A stretch of DNA of 64,000 nucleotides. Origin: Narcine bancroftii. Taxonomy: Eukaryota. The notes beneath the pieces are model-generated. The model was given only the letters and a program-made list of their open reading frames with translations, made no database searches and was not told the DNA's origin. Below, in pieces: positions 1-12,089 of this stretch (position 1 is the stretch's first letter; each line of letters starts with the position of its first letter). The position numbers were made by a program, and so were the translations under genes. The stretch spans positions 32,674,001 through 32,738,000 of the forward strand of contig NC_091474.1 of assembly GCF_036971445.1 (NCBI RefSeq), read 5' to 3'.

Positions 1-3000
1 CTAACTGGACTGGTATTATTTTGTCACTCTCAAATGCTCATGTATTATCTGAAAGTGTGTTAGCTATTACTTTTCGTCAAGGAACCCATTTTATTGAGAA
101 GAATGGAGATTTATATTGGTGTTGCATGGAATTTGCTTTATTACATCCATGAGGTTTGATCAAAGACAGTAAATGTTTATGTGGACAATTTTTAATTGCA
201 ATAGTTATATGGAATATTGCATTATTAAAATAAAATGACTCTATTGTTGTTTGTAATAGTTATTTGGCAACCCATGGGAATTTAAAGAACTCAACCACCC
301 TGTTGTAGATCAGTACAAGTGGAGCCCCTAAGTATAGAATTGATATCCTGTAAGTTGTATAGTTCCATGATCCATTCATCTGAGATTTGGCTTTGGAAAA
401 AATATTCAATGTCAGATAGGATATAAAAAGGACAAATTGCTTTCATTGCAAACTATTTCAAGACACATCATTTTAAAATGTTATTTTTATATAAATATTT
501 ATTTTTGGGATGATGTATTTTAAAATTCTCACATATACTTACTGTGTATGTGTGCATGTACCATGATCCAGAAAGCCGTTTTCTTGGGTTGTATACATAC
601 AGTCAAATGATAAACAAAATGAACTTGAAAGAAGAATGAACTCTTTACAAAACACCAGTCTAATTCTCTAATTAAATTTTAAAACCTACATCAATGAATA
701 GTTGTATTAGCCTGGAAACATTTAAAGTTTTTTTTATTTTAGCAATTAAAAACATCAATAGTATACCTTGATATTTTATTTAAGACTGTCTCAGACAGAT
801 TATTATAATTGTAATGAAAACTCTAAGGTAAAGTTTAAATAACTGGTAAGAGCAAATTATTTAAAAATCTCTAACTTTCAGATCATAATGATCATTGTGG
901 TTCTGTTTCCCTAAAGATTTTGAGAGGTATTTCCTCAGTCTTTTTTCCACATATTTACCTGGTTTTTTAAAATCTATTTTTGCTTCTCTCAGAAGATAAT
1001 GTGGCTTTTAGGTGGAGAGGGAGCACATTTATTTGGTACTGAAGATGAATGGTACAGTTGAGATGAAAAGAAGGATTCTTCTAGTTTGCTATTTTGTTAT
1101 ATGCTTGAAGAAACTGCTTAAAGAAAAATAGTATCACGGAAACAGTCCAACATACAAGACATGAGTATTGTGGCCATCTTTTCCTGAACAAACATATGGC
1201 TTGTGTTGCTTTACTGGTACAGTATTTTTTTTTCCTAGACCATCCCGCTTAAACATAGATTGAAAATTGCATGAAATGCTTGTGGATGGTAATTATATTC
1301 ATTGCCCTTTCCTTCTGGAGACATAAGTTTGAATCTAGCTCAGGGGGAGAAAGGCAAAGGTCTACTGTTACTGATGGCTGTTAGAAGTGAATTAAATCCA
1401 GATGGCCTAATGTAATCTGATAAATTTATACATGTAAAATATTTGAATGTATTATCCAATTCAGCAAATGCATCAAGAGTTTGGAAGATATAAAATTATT
1501 CTTTATTATAGTCTTAGTTTTTTTAATTGATGTTGAAAATGGAATTTCTCACTTCAAAATATTAAATGAGCAATATTCTGAAGAAATGTGGATTTTTCTT
1601 GAATGATGGAAGAGGAAAAATATATTGCTTAATTTATTTTAAATTGTGGGGTTACTGAATAATTTGACATCTTTTATGGGACTTTTAGCCTGTTGTATTG
1701 GCTCAATACAATAATTTAAACATATCTCTATATACACAATTTAAATTAAAATTTGAATTCCTTGAAACAAATTAATATTGAGAGGCTCTGAGAATTGGAG
1801 TAACGTTCTTCACGTTCCCCAGATCTCTAGGCCAAGCTACATCCGCAGCCAAGGTGGCATATGGACAACTTGTTTCCTGGCCAATGCAAATATTGCACTG
1901 AAATTGGTCCAGGGATAGGATTCACTTTATCTTTCTTTCTTTCTCCATGACTTTTCCTCATGTTCTCTTGAGCAATTTCAGATGCAGTAACTCCTAAAAC
2001 AGTCACTGAGTTGTGGAGCTCAGCAATGCAGAAGCAGGTATAAACAATGAATCATTTATCAGTTCAATCCACACTTCTCCCCTGCCTCCATTACTATGAC
2101 ATTGTCCCCAGAAATTGATTTTTAAATAAATATTATTGCTCATGCATTTGAAAAAGGAGCTTCAAGCAAATCAACCTCTCCAGTACAGGCACTGTTCATG
2201 AAACTGTTAATATGTATTCTCAATTACACATTTGATAGCTGAATCAAAGCTTGGCTTTGTTGGCATAGTTTAGTAAGGCATCAAGACGTTTTTTTTTGTT
2301 CAAACTCTAGTAGTCAATAGCAACAAGAATGCTATTGTAATAATTCTGCCATTGTACTCCTGTGCATGTTGTTTTCACAAAAAGAAATCTTACTTGCTGA
2401 ATGTCAATTAGCAGTCTTTGCATCACACCTTCAAGCAGCTTTCTCTCACTCCCTACCAACCAACTGTCTCGGTGTCAAAGGCAGAAGGCTGACGGTGACA
2501 ACCATGTTTAATGATGAACTTGGAGTCAAATAAACTTCTGTTTGAGAGAAGACACTCAAAGACATTTGATTATTCTTGCACAAACATCTTAATTATACAA
2601 TCAAAGAAAATAAGATAAATATTTACATGTCTAATGTAATTTTCATTTGTGATCTAACATTTTTCATGAAGAGAAATTCTAAACCTGTCTTGCTATATTT
2701 TGATGAATTTAGAAAAAAAGCACAAATTCCCTTAGAAATAGAGGAGCCCACCCATAATTTGGGTATTTAAAAAGTATCCAGAAGGGTTTGTTCATGAAAT
2801 CCTTTGAATGGGTTTTATCAATTCTTTCCTGATATCTTGAACAAATCAATATAGTTGCAAGTTGTAACATCGTATAAGTTTACATCATTTTTATTCCAAA
2901 GTTGAAATAGAAAAATAAGTTTCAATGAAGAAAGCATTTAATTTGCATGTAGGTTTATTTCCTTATTTTTATTTTTTTGAACTAAGTGTAATATAAAATT

Positions 3001-3586
3001 TCTTCTTGTCAAATCTATGGTATTATCACTATCACATATTCCAAGAACTTGTATTTGAGTTAACTTGTAAGTAGTTGTGAAAATGAAGATGGCATCATTT
3101 TGACCTAAGATTTTTAAACTTTTGATAATTTTCTGATTTCCTTCAGCAGATGTAAAAGGTCATATAGCCATGTATGAAATTGAGGCTGAAACCCAACATT
3201 TTAAAACTGTGACACTAGATTTGTGGAAAGTTAGCACATTTACATAAATTTAGTCACTAAGGCAAATGGATCACAAACCTTCACTTTGGATTGAATTTAC
3301 AGAATTTCATCCAAGCTTTCCTCTGAAAGGAAATAATGTCAGGAGGGAAAATTAGTGCAGCCCAGGAATGTTTATTAACATTGGAGACAAGCAATATTGT
3401 CTGGATACTGGCAAGCTTTCACATTTTTATTGTAGACTTTTTATGGCATGAGTGCCACAAATAGAAATCCGACAGAATAAATGTAGAAAAAATGTGCTGA
3501 AATTCTTATTAGGGTCAATAGTGTGTTTGAATTAGTCACTTGGTTATCGAGATTTCACATTCGAGACAGGATCACTCAAATGGAAA

Positions 3587-3763
3587 CTAATTGATCACAG
3601 CAGTCAGGATTATATTTCTTCTTTTCATTATGATAATGAACTTGTCCTTCAGTGAATAGGCACAGCCCGTGAATATGAAAACTAAATCTCCCCACCCTGA
3701 AGTAAAGAAATCCAAGCTGAAGTTTAACAGCTGATGAGGGCAAGCCATTCTGAAGGGCCATTC
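3587..3763 (-). pseudogene. Terminal exon of the GREB1-like locus (C-terminal module copy 2)
   Basis: Acceptor catag|GAATGG. Open frame EWPFRMACPHQLLNFSLDFFTSGWGDLVFIFTGCAY...* resembles the GREB1 end [23 protein letters not shown]. Confidence 0.7.
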
Positions 3764-4272
3764 CTATGATTTATATTTGAAACTTTTGAAAATATCACCC
3801 ATGCTATTCACAGAAAAGTGATTACTCGCTTATTAAGACCAAAGAAACACCATGTTTTGGCATTATTGTATATAAAATAAATAGTCATGTCATGAAATTT
3901 AATGATTCAGTTGAAGCAGATATATTGGCCTATAAAGCTTTGAGTAAGAGGTGCTTGAATTCATGACAGCAAGACGTTTTAACATTGTGTACACTATAAT
4001 CCATCCAATACCTGCCATATTATTGTAATTGCAATCCCACTCCTAGCTGCTGTCATATTCCTTGAGGGCTAGAATTTAAGCTGATGCTATTATCAATCAC
4101 AAGGCAGGGACTGTCAAACTTCCTGTTTCCCTGGCAGGAATTTGTTTCTGAACATCGCTGTTTTTTCATCAGCCTTGTCAGTCCTTGAAATGACCTTTGT
4201 TTAATTAACTGCATCTTGATGAGGAAATCTACATAGAATGTGAAGGTTAATTAATGATGAATCAGTTCTTAC

Positions 4273-4770
4273 TCTAAGACCATCACTGAATGGCTGACAG
4301 CAAGTCTACCATTTAGAATATATCCCAATATTTCATTATAACTGGTCGACAGAATTTGCGCTCCAGTTCCAGCCACAGATAGATTATTTTCTCTTCACAA
4401 AAAATGGGAGTGGGTACATTGTATAATTTTCTTCAATAAAATACACCACAGAAGAATTAAATGAACAAACAGGCAAATTAAAGAATACAAGATCTGTAGG
4501 AAATTCGCATTTCATTTGCATTGTTGATACTCTCGATTGTAACATCATCGAGCACTCTGAGTCAAAGGTATCCATTCTATTTTCAACGTGCCTATTGTTT
4601 GAACCCAGGTTTTTTGAGTGCTTTTGGAAAACAATGTCCCAAAGCAGCTGCCAATTCATCTACCTGTGCACATTTCTTTAAACCACTTCAGCCGACACTG
4701 GGTAACAATGAGCGTAGGTGAAGTCAAATGCCAGATGTTCTTTGCAAGAAGCAGAGAACTCTCAATTTTG
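4273..4770 (-). pseudogene. Two decayed exons (~4770-4531 and 4493-4273), C-terminal module copy 2
   Basis: CAQVDELAAALGHCFPKALKKP..NGYL*L ~ PAQLLLEKFLQHHSHLFFPLSLKN..DCYLNL, then LSVAGTGAQILSTSYNEILGYI ~ [21 protein letters not shown]. Acceptor cctacag at 4494 and donor gtaaga at 4272. Contains stops and frameshifts. Confidence 0.55.
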
Positions 4771-4961
4771 ATTTAGTTGTTTCTATTGTGTTGAGGAATA
4801 ATGTGCTTATTATCAAGTGCTCATTGGAATTTTCTATTGATGCTTGTAATGGGTTTGACTTAAACTGCAGCTCTCTTGCAAGATAATGATATGGTATGTA
4901 TCACCTCTTTTCACACAATTCTCACCCAACTGAAATCCTCCAAAGTGAATTCATCAAGAAT

Positions 4962-5095
4962 TCTTTCAGAATTATATTTTTATCTTTCAGAATTATATTT
5001 TTATCTTTCAGAATTATATTTTTATCTTTCAGAATTATATTTTTTAATCTTTCAGAATTATATATTTTTAAATCTTTCAGAATTATTATTTTAAA
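4962..5095. repeat. Minisatellite, about 6 copies of a 21-bp unit TCTTTCAGAATTATATTTTTA
   Basis: Directly visible head-to-tail repeats; it explains the SELYFYL/SFRIIFL repeat ORFs. Confidence 0.95.
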
Positions 5096-5169
5096 TTCTT
5101 ATACAATCCATGCATTTTCTGATATGATGGTGGACCAATTTTTTTCATTGGTCTTGAAATGAGTGTTTA

Positions 5170-6300
5170 ATTCAGAGCTAGATGTTTGAAAATGCAGTTA
5201 GGATGAAGAAAATGTTTTAATAATTACTTGAAAGACTTTTCACTAAATTATTATAAATACATGCTGTTAATTCACCATGAAAATAAAACTGTATATCGAA
5301 AAAAGCCAAGAACCTTAGTGTTAGAAATTTGCAGAAAATCTGAAAGCTTAGTCTGAACAAAATGCCTAATTTGTAAATATCTGAAAAAAAAATGCCCATT
5401 GGAAAGATTAAATTTAACTGATAATTGTTCGAAATAGGCAAAAAGTTTTTGAATAAAATGATCCTCGAAACTTTGAATATCTTTTCTATGCCATTCCTTG
5501 AAACCTGCATCCAACAAAGAAGGTTGAAAAAGATGTGTATCTATAATTGAACTAGCTAGTGAAAAACATTCATTCCAAAGAATTTCCTAAACTGAGCTCA
5601 AATTCTCAATCTATTTTTCATCAATGGATTAATTGTTAATTTGGAAAAGGAAAATGGTAAAAGGATCCTAAAATTGTCAACATAAGTTTTTTTGGTAAAC
5701 TGTAATTCCATTTCTATCCAGGAGGGGGCAATTCACTTTTATATCCAAATATAGTAATAAAAATAAATTGTGTATTTTAATCGCCCAATAGTATAACCTA
5801 AAGTCTAGCAGTGATAATTCTCCATTTAGTATAGTCTTTGAAGATTGACTTTATTTATACATGCTTTTTTCCCTGTCAATTGTACGTGGAATAGCCAAAT
5901 ACAACGAGATGAAAAAAGATTGGGGGATTTAAAAATTGGTAACGCTTGAAAAAGATGCAAAAATTTGGGTAAAAATTCATTTTAATTATTGCATCCCACC
6001 TGTTCTCTGGAGGTCACCAGTGATTCCACATTATTGATTTAAAAAAAAACTATAAGATAACCTTGATTAAAGGGAAGGGTTAGTTTAGCTTGATTTGTAG
6101 TTTTTAGGGTTTTTTCTTTATTTTATAAAATTATTTCAATAAATGGTTTGACACAATTGCATACATTTTTGATATCAATAGTTTGAGGTACTACTAGTGA
6201 TGTAGTTTAATATATTTATTTTCATAATTTTTTCTGTTGACATGGTTATTCATTTCTACACAAGTATTGTCAATTTTTTATTTGCTTAAAAATATTTTAA
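5170..6300 (-). mobile_element. Old L1-clade LINE ORF2 fragment
   Basis: Minus ORFs contain FAYFEQLSVKFNLSNGHFFFRYLQIRHFV, homologous to FMSFEQLSMKYDLPRSHFFRYLQIRSF in the 9-kb L1. Frameshifted. Confidence 0.8.
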
Positions 6301-6529
6301 AAAGACTGTAAAAGGCAGTTCACTAATTTTGCACAATTACATTGAATAACAAATTTAAAAGGTTGGAAAGGAACACCAAAAATATTTTTTGATGGATTGT
6401 TAGTTTTTGATTGATAATATAGTCACAATATAAATGATTCCACACTTTAATGGATGAAGATGATTTAATATAGCTGAACAGTCTTGTATTTGGAGCATAC
6501 ATTAATATATAAAATAGCATGAAAATTAG

Positions 6530-6925
6530 CAACAACATATATGCATTGCCACTACTTCCCTCCATGCTATGAAATTAAGATGTTTGATGATTCAGTGGTA
6601 TAAAGTTTATCTCTCCACCTCATGGAAACATATTATCTAAGATTGCCTAATTTTCTAAATAGCCATTTGACTATCAGGATTTTGTACTGTTTCCTTAAAA
6701 ATCCAGATCAAGGCAAATATATCCAGAGCACTTGGCATCACCCTTAAAAGGAAAGGACATTTCACATAGATGATCAGAGTGAAGTAAAAGAGTTTTGATA
6801 TTGCTAAGAGGGTTCTGTGAAGTGTCTAATATGCCTGGGCTGGACTGCACCTGAATATAATGATGGAACAAAACACTTCTCAGATGCAATCTGCAAGACC
6901 AATCAAGAAGCTGAAGGAAAGCTGA
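6530..6925 (-). pseudogene. Decayed exon(s), C-terminal module copy 1
   Basis: SVLFHHYIQV..NIKTLLLHSD..FKGDAKCSGYICLD/KETVQ..NFIPLNHQTS ~ [48 protein letters not shown]. Confidence 0.55.
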
Positions 6926-7061
6926 GATATTTAGCATATTATGTTGCTTCTCATGTGAAAATTAGATTCCAATAATCTCAGCCATTTGTTTAATCCTATA
7001 AAACCTGAATTCAACCTTGAAAAAAATGGCTTGGACACAATGTGTTGGTTTACATCTTTAC

Positions 7062-7262
7062 CTCTTATGGATGTTGCATGATCTGCTTAGTTCTTTCAGC
7101 ATTTTTGTTTTTACGACAATCACAGGGTCTGCAGACTTTCGTGTTTCACGGAATTCAACCAAACTAGCTGTTGGATCGGCAGAACCCAACTTGGATTTTG
7201 CTCTGACAACTGCTGAGTTCCCTGAACCATATCGTGATTCGATTAACCATCTTTTCATTTGC
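7062..7262 (-). pseudogene. 201-bp phase-2/2 exon of the GREB1-like locus, still open
   Basis: tgtttcag|G...AAGAG|gtaaag. QMKRWLIESRYGSGNSAVVRAK...PVIVVKTKMLKELSRS ~ VMKKQIVVGGH...TFLAAPAQLLLEKFLQ. Confidence 0.7.
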
Positions 7263-7303
7263 CTGAAACATCTGTTGGGTAAACTGAACCAATCCAAAGT
7301 TAC

Positions 7304-8922
7304 TCATGCAAATCTCAAGCTGACTCACAAAGGACAAGGTTTTTCAGTAGCACTCACTGAAAACATTTCTTAATGGCATGGAGAGAATATGCAGCTCTTT
7401 GAATGGCTCACCTATCGTCTATACATTAATTTAAAATTGAACATGTATAACTTCTCCTTCTGTTGGACATAGCTGGTATTAGCATTCCATCCGAATAGCT
7501 ATTGATTTCTTTAGGTCAGATAGGAGAGAGATTGGAAAAACAGTGAGTTAAGTAGGATAATGTAAATGAACGGAAGGAGTTCAAGCTATTTGCCTTGGTG
7601 TGGAGATGTCTGGACAACTGACAATTGACTGGCTTGTTTACTGGGTTCTTCTGGTTTTATAAAAAAATCCCAGCACATTTCAATAATTGAAACAAAAAAC
7701 TAAAAAGAAAGGTCTACAGAGGAATAGTTCATTTAAGGTTTATTCCCACCCATATCCACTACAGTCTATAGAGCTATGATGTGAAGCTCCTTCTCTCTCA
7801 TATTAACTACCAATGCACCTTTGGTTAAGTCAGTTGCTTCCTTGTTGAAGCATTGTGCAATCTATTTTTTATCTTGATGAATCTGTGGGCTTCAAGTTGT
7901 TACATCATAGACCAACAATAGAAATTCACCAAAAGAATTTTATTAATAAATATACTGTTAGCAGTTATTGTTTTTATTTTAAAACAATATAACAACATAC
8001 CTAAACTTAACCCTAACTATGTGTGAATATACGTGTGTTTGATACCCAAACCATTACAGCCTGGGCACAATTCTGGAAAGTCATTCCAAATTTCAGTCTT
8101 AGAAGTCCATAGTTGAAATATAGACTTTTAAACTGATATACATAAGTAATTATGAAGGCGGTGGGAGAGACGGAGTGACTGGACTGTTGAAAACGCTCAA
8201 ACCCTTGTCGCGTTTCTTCCAGAGAAATGTCCTTTCACACAAATAGTTGTCACCACTCCCTTTTTTTTAATGTATGGGGAAATGAAACCTGTGACTTCCA
8301 TGATTCTTCCAAAACCCAGGCATGGGTCAGTCAAAATGACCAATAGAGTGGTCATGATCAAATGCAAGAATTCACCTGCTTATTTTACTTCGATGCGGGT
8401 CAATCAAAGTGGCTGTTCTTTTGGACATGGTGGTTCAATAACTCCGCTGACAGGGAGAATTGTCCATTTAACACAAAGTCACTCCACCTCTATGTCCATA
8501 AATGGCTGGTGGTCAATTAATGAATCCTGTTTCATTAAGCATTCCAAACAAATTACTCTCTAAGCATCCGATCTGTTTTCCTGGATAAATAACCATTGTT
8601 CCTTTGTCTTCTTCCAGAGCACCAACCCTAGGTAATATCTCTACTTAATGGTGCCATCCAGTGTCACCTCCAGCTGTGAATGTTTGCAGTCTGTATTAAC
8701 CCTTAAAGTGACAGTCACTAAACAGGAACTTGTAATAAAGTAATCTAAGATTTGAGCTCTGCCATGTGGATATCTGATATTTTCCACATCAAGTTTTTTT
8801 TTAAATCTTCTCTTTTGTTTATTTCTCATTACTTTTAAAGCTTGCTATAAATACCTTTTTATAGCTATGTGAAATGGACATTGGTGTGCAATTTCCATTG
8901 GTAACTACATTTGGAAATTTTT
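7304..8922 (-). pseudogene. Decayed exons of glycosyltransferase-like region copy 2, interrupted by an LTR-like insertion
   Basis: KVFIASFKS (~8850); AHRFIKIKNRLHN~AAHFLIKELSYHN (~7870); PFFLVF~WPFIVI (~7700); KLYMFNFKL~NFIILNVDL and KNLVLCE~AGLLLCR (7450-7320). Confidence 0.5.
7898..8724 (-). mobile_element. LTR-like insertion (probable solo LTR, one end degraded)
   Basis: Starts TGTTACA with a reverse poly(A) signal (TTTATT) shortly inside. Non-coding, and it interrupts the GREB1-like reading frame. No clear TSD. Confidence 0.45.
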
Positions 8923-9029
8923 CTGTGAAAGTAATTAATATATTTGTACTATCTGAACTGTTCCCACATTTATCAGATGGAGGAATTAAAAACTGAAGTA
9001 ATAAGAATCTGTATCAGAATCAATATCTT

Positions 9030-10571
9030 CATTGGAAATATGAAGGTTGAGTTCTCTTTCCCAATCATTTTTAAACTTTTCAAAAGTCCCAGAATTTATT
9101 TTTGTAATTATATTATATAATTTAGATATCACACCTTTTGGAGGGAATTTTGAATATAGTATATCCTCTAAAACAGTCGTAGTCTCCCGATTGGGAAAAG
9201 AGGGTAAAGTCGAAACTAAGAAACTCCTAATCTGCAAATATCGAAAGAAATGAGATCGAGGTAAATCATATTTCATGGATAATTGTTCAAATGACATGAA
9301 AGAGTTATCGAAGAATAAATCCGAAAAGCATGTTATACCTTTAACTTTCCAGAGTAAATAAGCTTGATCAATTAGAGAGGGATGAAAAAGGAAATTTAGT
9401 ACAATAGGAGTTTCCAAGATAAAATGACTTAGGCCAAAAAATCTCCGGAATTGAAACCATATACGTAGTGTATGTTTAGCCATTGGATTATCAATTTGTT
9501 TATATAATTTAGTAAGAGTAAAAGGGAGAGCAGCTCCCAAAATAGAGCTAATTGAAAAATTTTGTATCGGTTTAATTTCTAAATTTACCCAATGGGGATT
9601 TAGAGATAATTCTGAATAATTCAACCAATACCTTAAGTAACTAACCTTCATATTTCCAATGAAAATTGGAATAAAATTCTGCGACTGGTAAACTCTTCTT
9701 CTTTATGTGCAAAACATTCACTAATACAGTTTAAAGTTGTTCATAGAGCTCATATGTCTAAAGATAAACTCCATCGCTTTTATTCTCATATCGATCCTAT
9801 ACGTGATAAATGTCAATTGGAAATCGCTTCCCTTACACATATGTTTTGGTCCTGTCCCTCTTTACAGAATTATTGGAAGGAAATTTTTTCCATTATATTT
9901 ACTGTTTTTAATATTGATTTACAACCACATCCCATTACTGCAATTTTTGGATTACCTATGAGAGATTTGACTTATTTATCTCTTCCTGCGGATCGTATGA
10001 TTGCTTTTCTTACACTAATGGCTAGAAGATCTATACTATTGAATTGGAAAGAGGTTAATCCTCCCACTGTTTTCCAATGGTTTACCCAAACTATACTATG
10101 TTTAAATTTAGAGAAAATTAGAAACTCTGTCTATGAATCCCCTTCTAAGTTTGAGTTAACCTGGCGACCATTTATTCAATATTTTCATTTGTGGTGAGTT
10201 GATCTGGCTCTGATTTCTTTCTATGATTATGTATGATAATTGGGCTGTAAGATGAGATCGGAGTGATCGGCGTGGTTTAGCTATATCTGTAGGTTTTTTT
10301 AAAAGTTTTTTTTAATTCAGATTTGTTTTTTCTTCTTTTTTGGGGTTTTTTTTCTCTTTTTTCATATATTGTTATTAATTATATCTTTTTTTTAAAGATA
10401 GTTCACACCCTAAACTGATCTAAAATTTTTTTCTTATGATATATTTTTATTCTGTAATATTATTGTTTAATATCTCTGTATTAATTCATTACTTACTATG
10501 TATTTTTTATATCTCTGAACTGTATGTGTTTATAAATTATAATAATAATAAAAAGATTGAAAAAGAAAGAA
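9030..10571 (+). mobile_element. 5'-truncated L1 LINE with 5' inversion (9030-9642 inverted; 9643-10571 sense)
   Basis: The minus ORF ends ..WERELNLHISNE and the plus segment resumes NLHISNENWNKILR..HRAHMSK..RDKC..HMFWSC (L1 ORF2 zinc-knuckle region). AATAAA plus A-rich tail. 14-bp TSD AGAATCAATATCTT at 9016-9029 and 10572-10585. Confidence 0.93.
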
Positions 10572-10585
10572 AGAATCAATATCTT

Positions 10586-11405
10586 GTCTTGAACAAGTCA
10601 TGAAGTTCGGTGATTGCAGCAGCGTTATAGCGTAAACATTCATATTATAACTATATATATCTATATATAGATATATATACATAAAAATAATAATAATAAT
10701 GCATGAAAAGTAAGGCAATGCATTTGGTTCATTTATTCAGGAATCTAATGGCAGCAGGGAAGAAGCTGACCTTGTGCCACTGAGTGCTGGTTTTGAGGCT
10801 TCTGTGCCTTTTCCCCCCATGGTAGCAGAGTGAAGAGGGTATAGCCTGCAGGGTGGGGGTCTTTGAGGATAGAGGTGCTGCTTTTTTTTAAATACACAGC
10901 CTCGTGTAGATGTCCTCCATTGAGTGGTCTGGTGCCTGTAATGTTGCAAGCCAAGTTAATAACCCTTTGGACTTCATTCTTGCTCTGAGAGTTGGCACCT
11001 CCATACCAGGCAGTGATGCAACCAGCCAGAATGTACTCCACGGTCCACCTGTAGAAATTTTAGTCTTCAGTGACATACTGAATCTCCTCTGACAACTCAA
11101 AATATAGCCACATTTGTGATTGCATCAGCATGGAGGCTCCAGGACATATCCTTGGAGATGTTGACACCAAGGAATTTGAAATTCTTGACCTTCTCCACTA
11201 CTGAACCCTCGATGAGGACTGGGTGAGTTCCCCTCATTGCCTCATGAAGTCTACAATCCACTGCTTGGTTTTGCTGACGTTGAGTGCAAGGTTGCTGTTG
11301 TTACCCCATTCAATGAGCTAATCTATTCTCCATTCTGTATGCTTCCACATTGCCATTTGTGATTCTCCCAACAACTATGGTGTCATTGGCAAACTTGTAG
11401 ATAGC
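10586..11405 (-). mobile_element. Rex/Babar-type LINE 3' fragment
   Basis: ILAGCITAWYG..ILKDPHP..FTLLP in minus ORFs. Its 3' tail is split by the L1. Confidence 0.8.
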
Positions 11406-11419
11406 ATTAATTAAGCAAT

Positions 11420-12005
11420 TGTGGCAGCCCTTTATAGCTCCCCCTCAGGGCCTCACAAAATGAAGGATGAACATGACGATCCAGCAGGCTGCATGAGGCC
11501 AGCAGCGCTGCCCTCCAATTGGCCACAACCAAAAGAGCTTAACTGGCCTATCAGGGAAAGCGGATTACAAACACACCAATCAGTGCTGAGAGTGTTTTGA
11601 CCACGCCCTCACTTTGTGAATAAAAGCAGGACTGTGAGCCCAATAGAGCTCAGTGTTAATTACAGGTACACGATTCTTTATCCGGAACCCTTGGGGGACT
11701 CCAAATTACGGATTTTTTCAGATTTCGGAAAGCCCACTTGAATTGTGCTGCCATATCCACTCCCTTCCAGTTGCCCGGCCGCCTCCCCGAGCGTCGGCTG
11801 CCTGGCTGATTATCTCCCCATTTACTGGATTTTGGAGCTTTCCGGATTTTACATGTCTGGATAAAGGATTGTCTACGTGTACACTCAACTGGATTTGTCA
11901 TTCTTTCTGGGAACAGCATGTTCTTTCCGAGCTTACCAGCATGTAGCTATAGCTTCTCTTGTGCTCTAGGCGCCACAGAGCTATTGATTATAGCAGGTAG
12001 CTACA
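11420..12005 (+). mobile_element. Solo LTR (Gypsy-like)
   Basis: TGTGGC...GCTACA termini, 4-bp TSD CAAT (11416-19 and 12006-09), internal CCAAT and AATAAA. Confidence 0.8.
11663..11879. mobile_element. Tc1/pogo-type MITE nested in the LTR
   Basis: TIRs CAGGTACACGATTCTTTATCCGGA / CACGTAGACAATCCTTTATCCAGA (reverse complement), with TA on both sides. Confidence 0.85.
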
Positions 12006-12089
12006 CAATTAATTAAAAAATTGTGAAATAATTTTAGATATAGTTTGTTAAATTATATTTTCCTTATTGTTTTAATGTTGAATGCCAAG

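Noticed and set aside
1-3500. Possible exons or regulatory elements in the AT-rich left end
   Set aside because: No supportable ORF, splice pattern or repeat structure apart from a small LINE tail near 545-630.
4962-5095. CRISPR-like array or repeat-protein ORFs
   Set aside because: The units are head-to-tail with no spacers, there are no cas genes and the context is eukaryotic. It is an AT-rich minisatellite.
6800-6860. Plus-strand GFCEVSNMPGLDCT resembling a Harbinger/HARBI1 transposase motif
   Set aside because: Isolated short match. The opposite strand fits the colinear GREB1-like series better.
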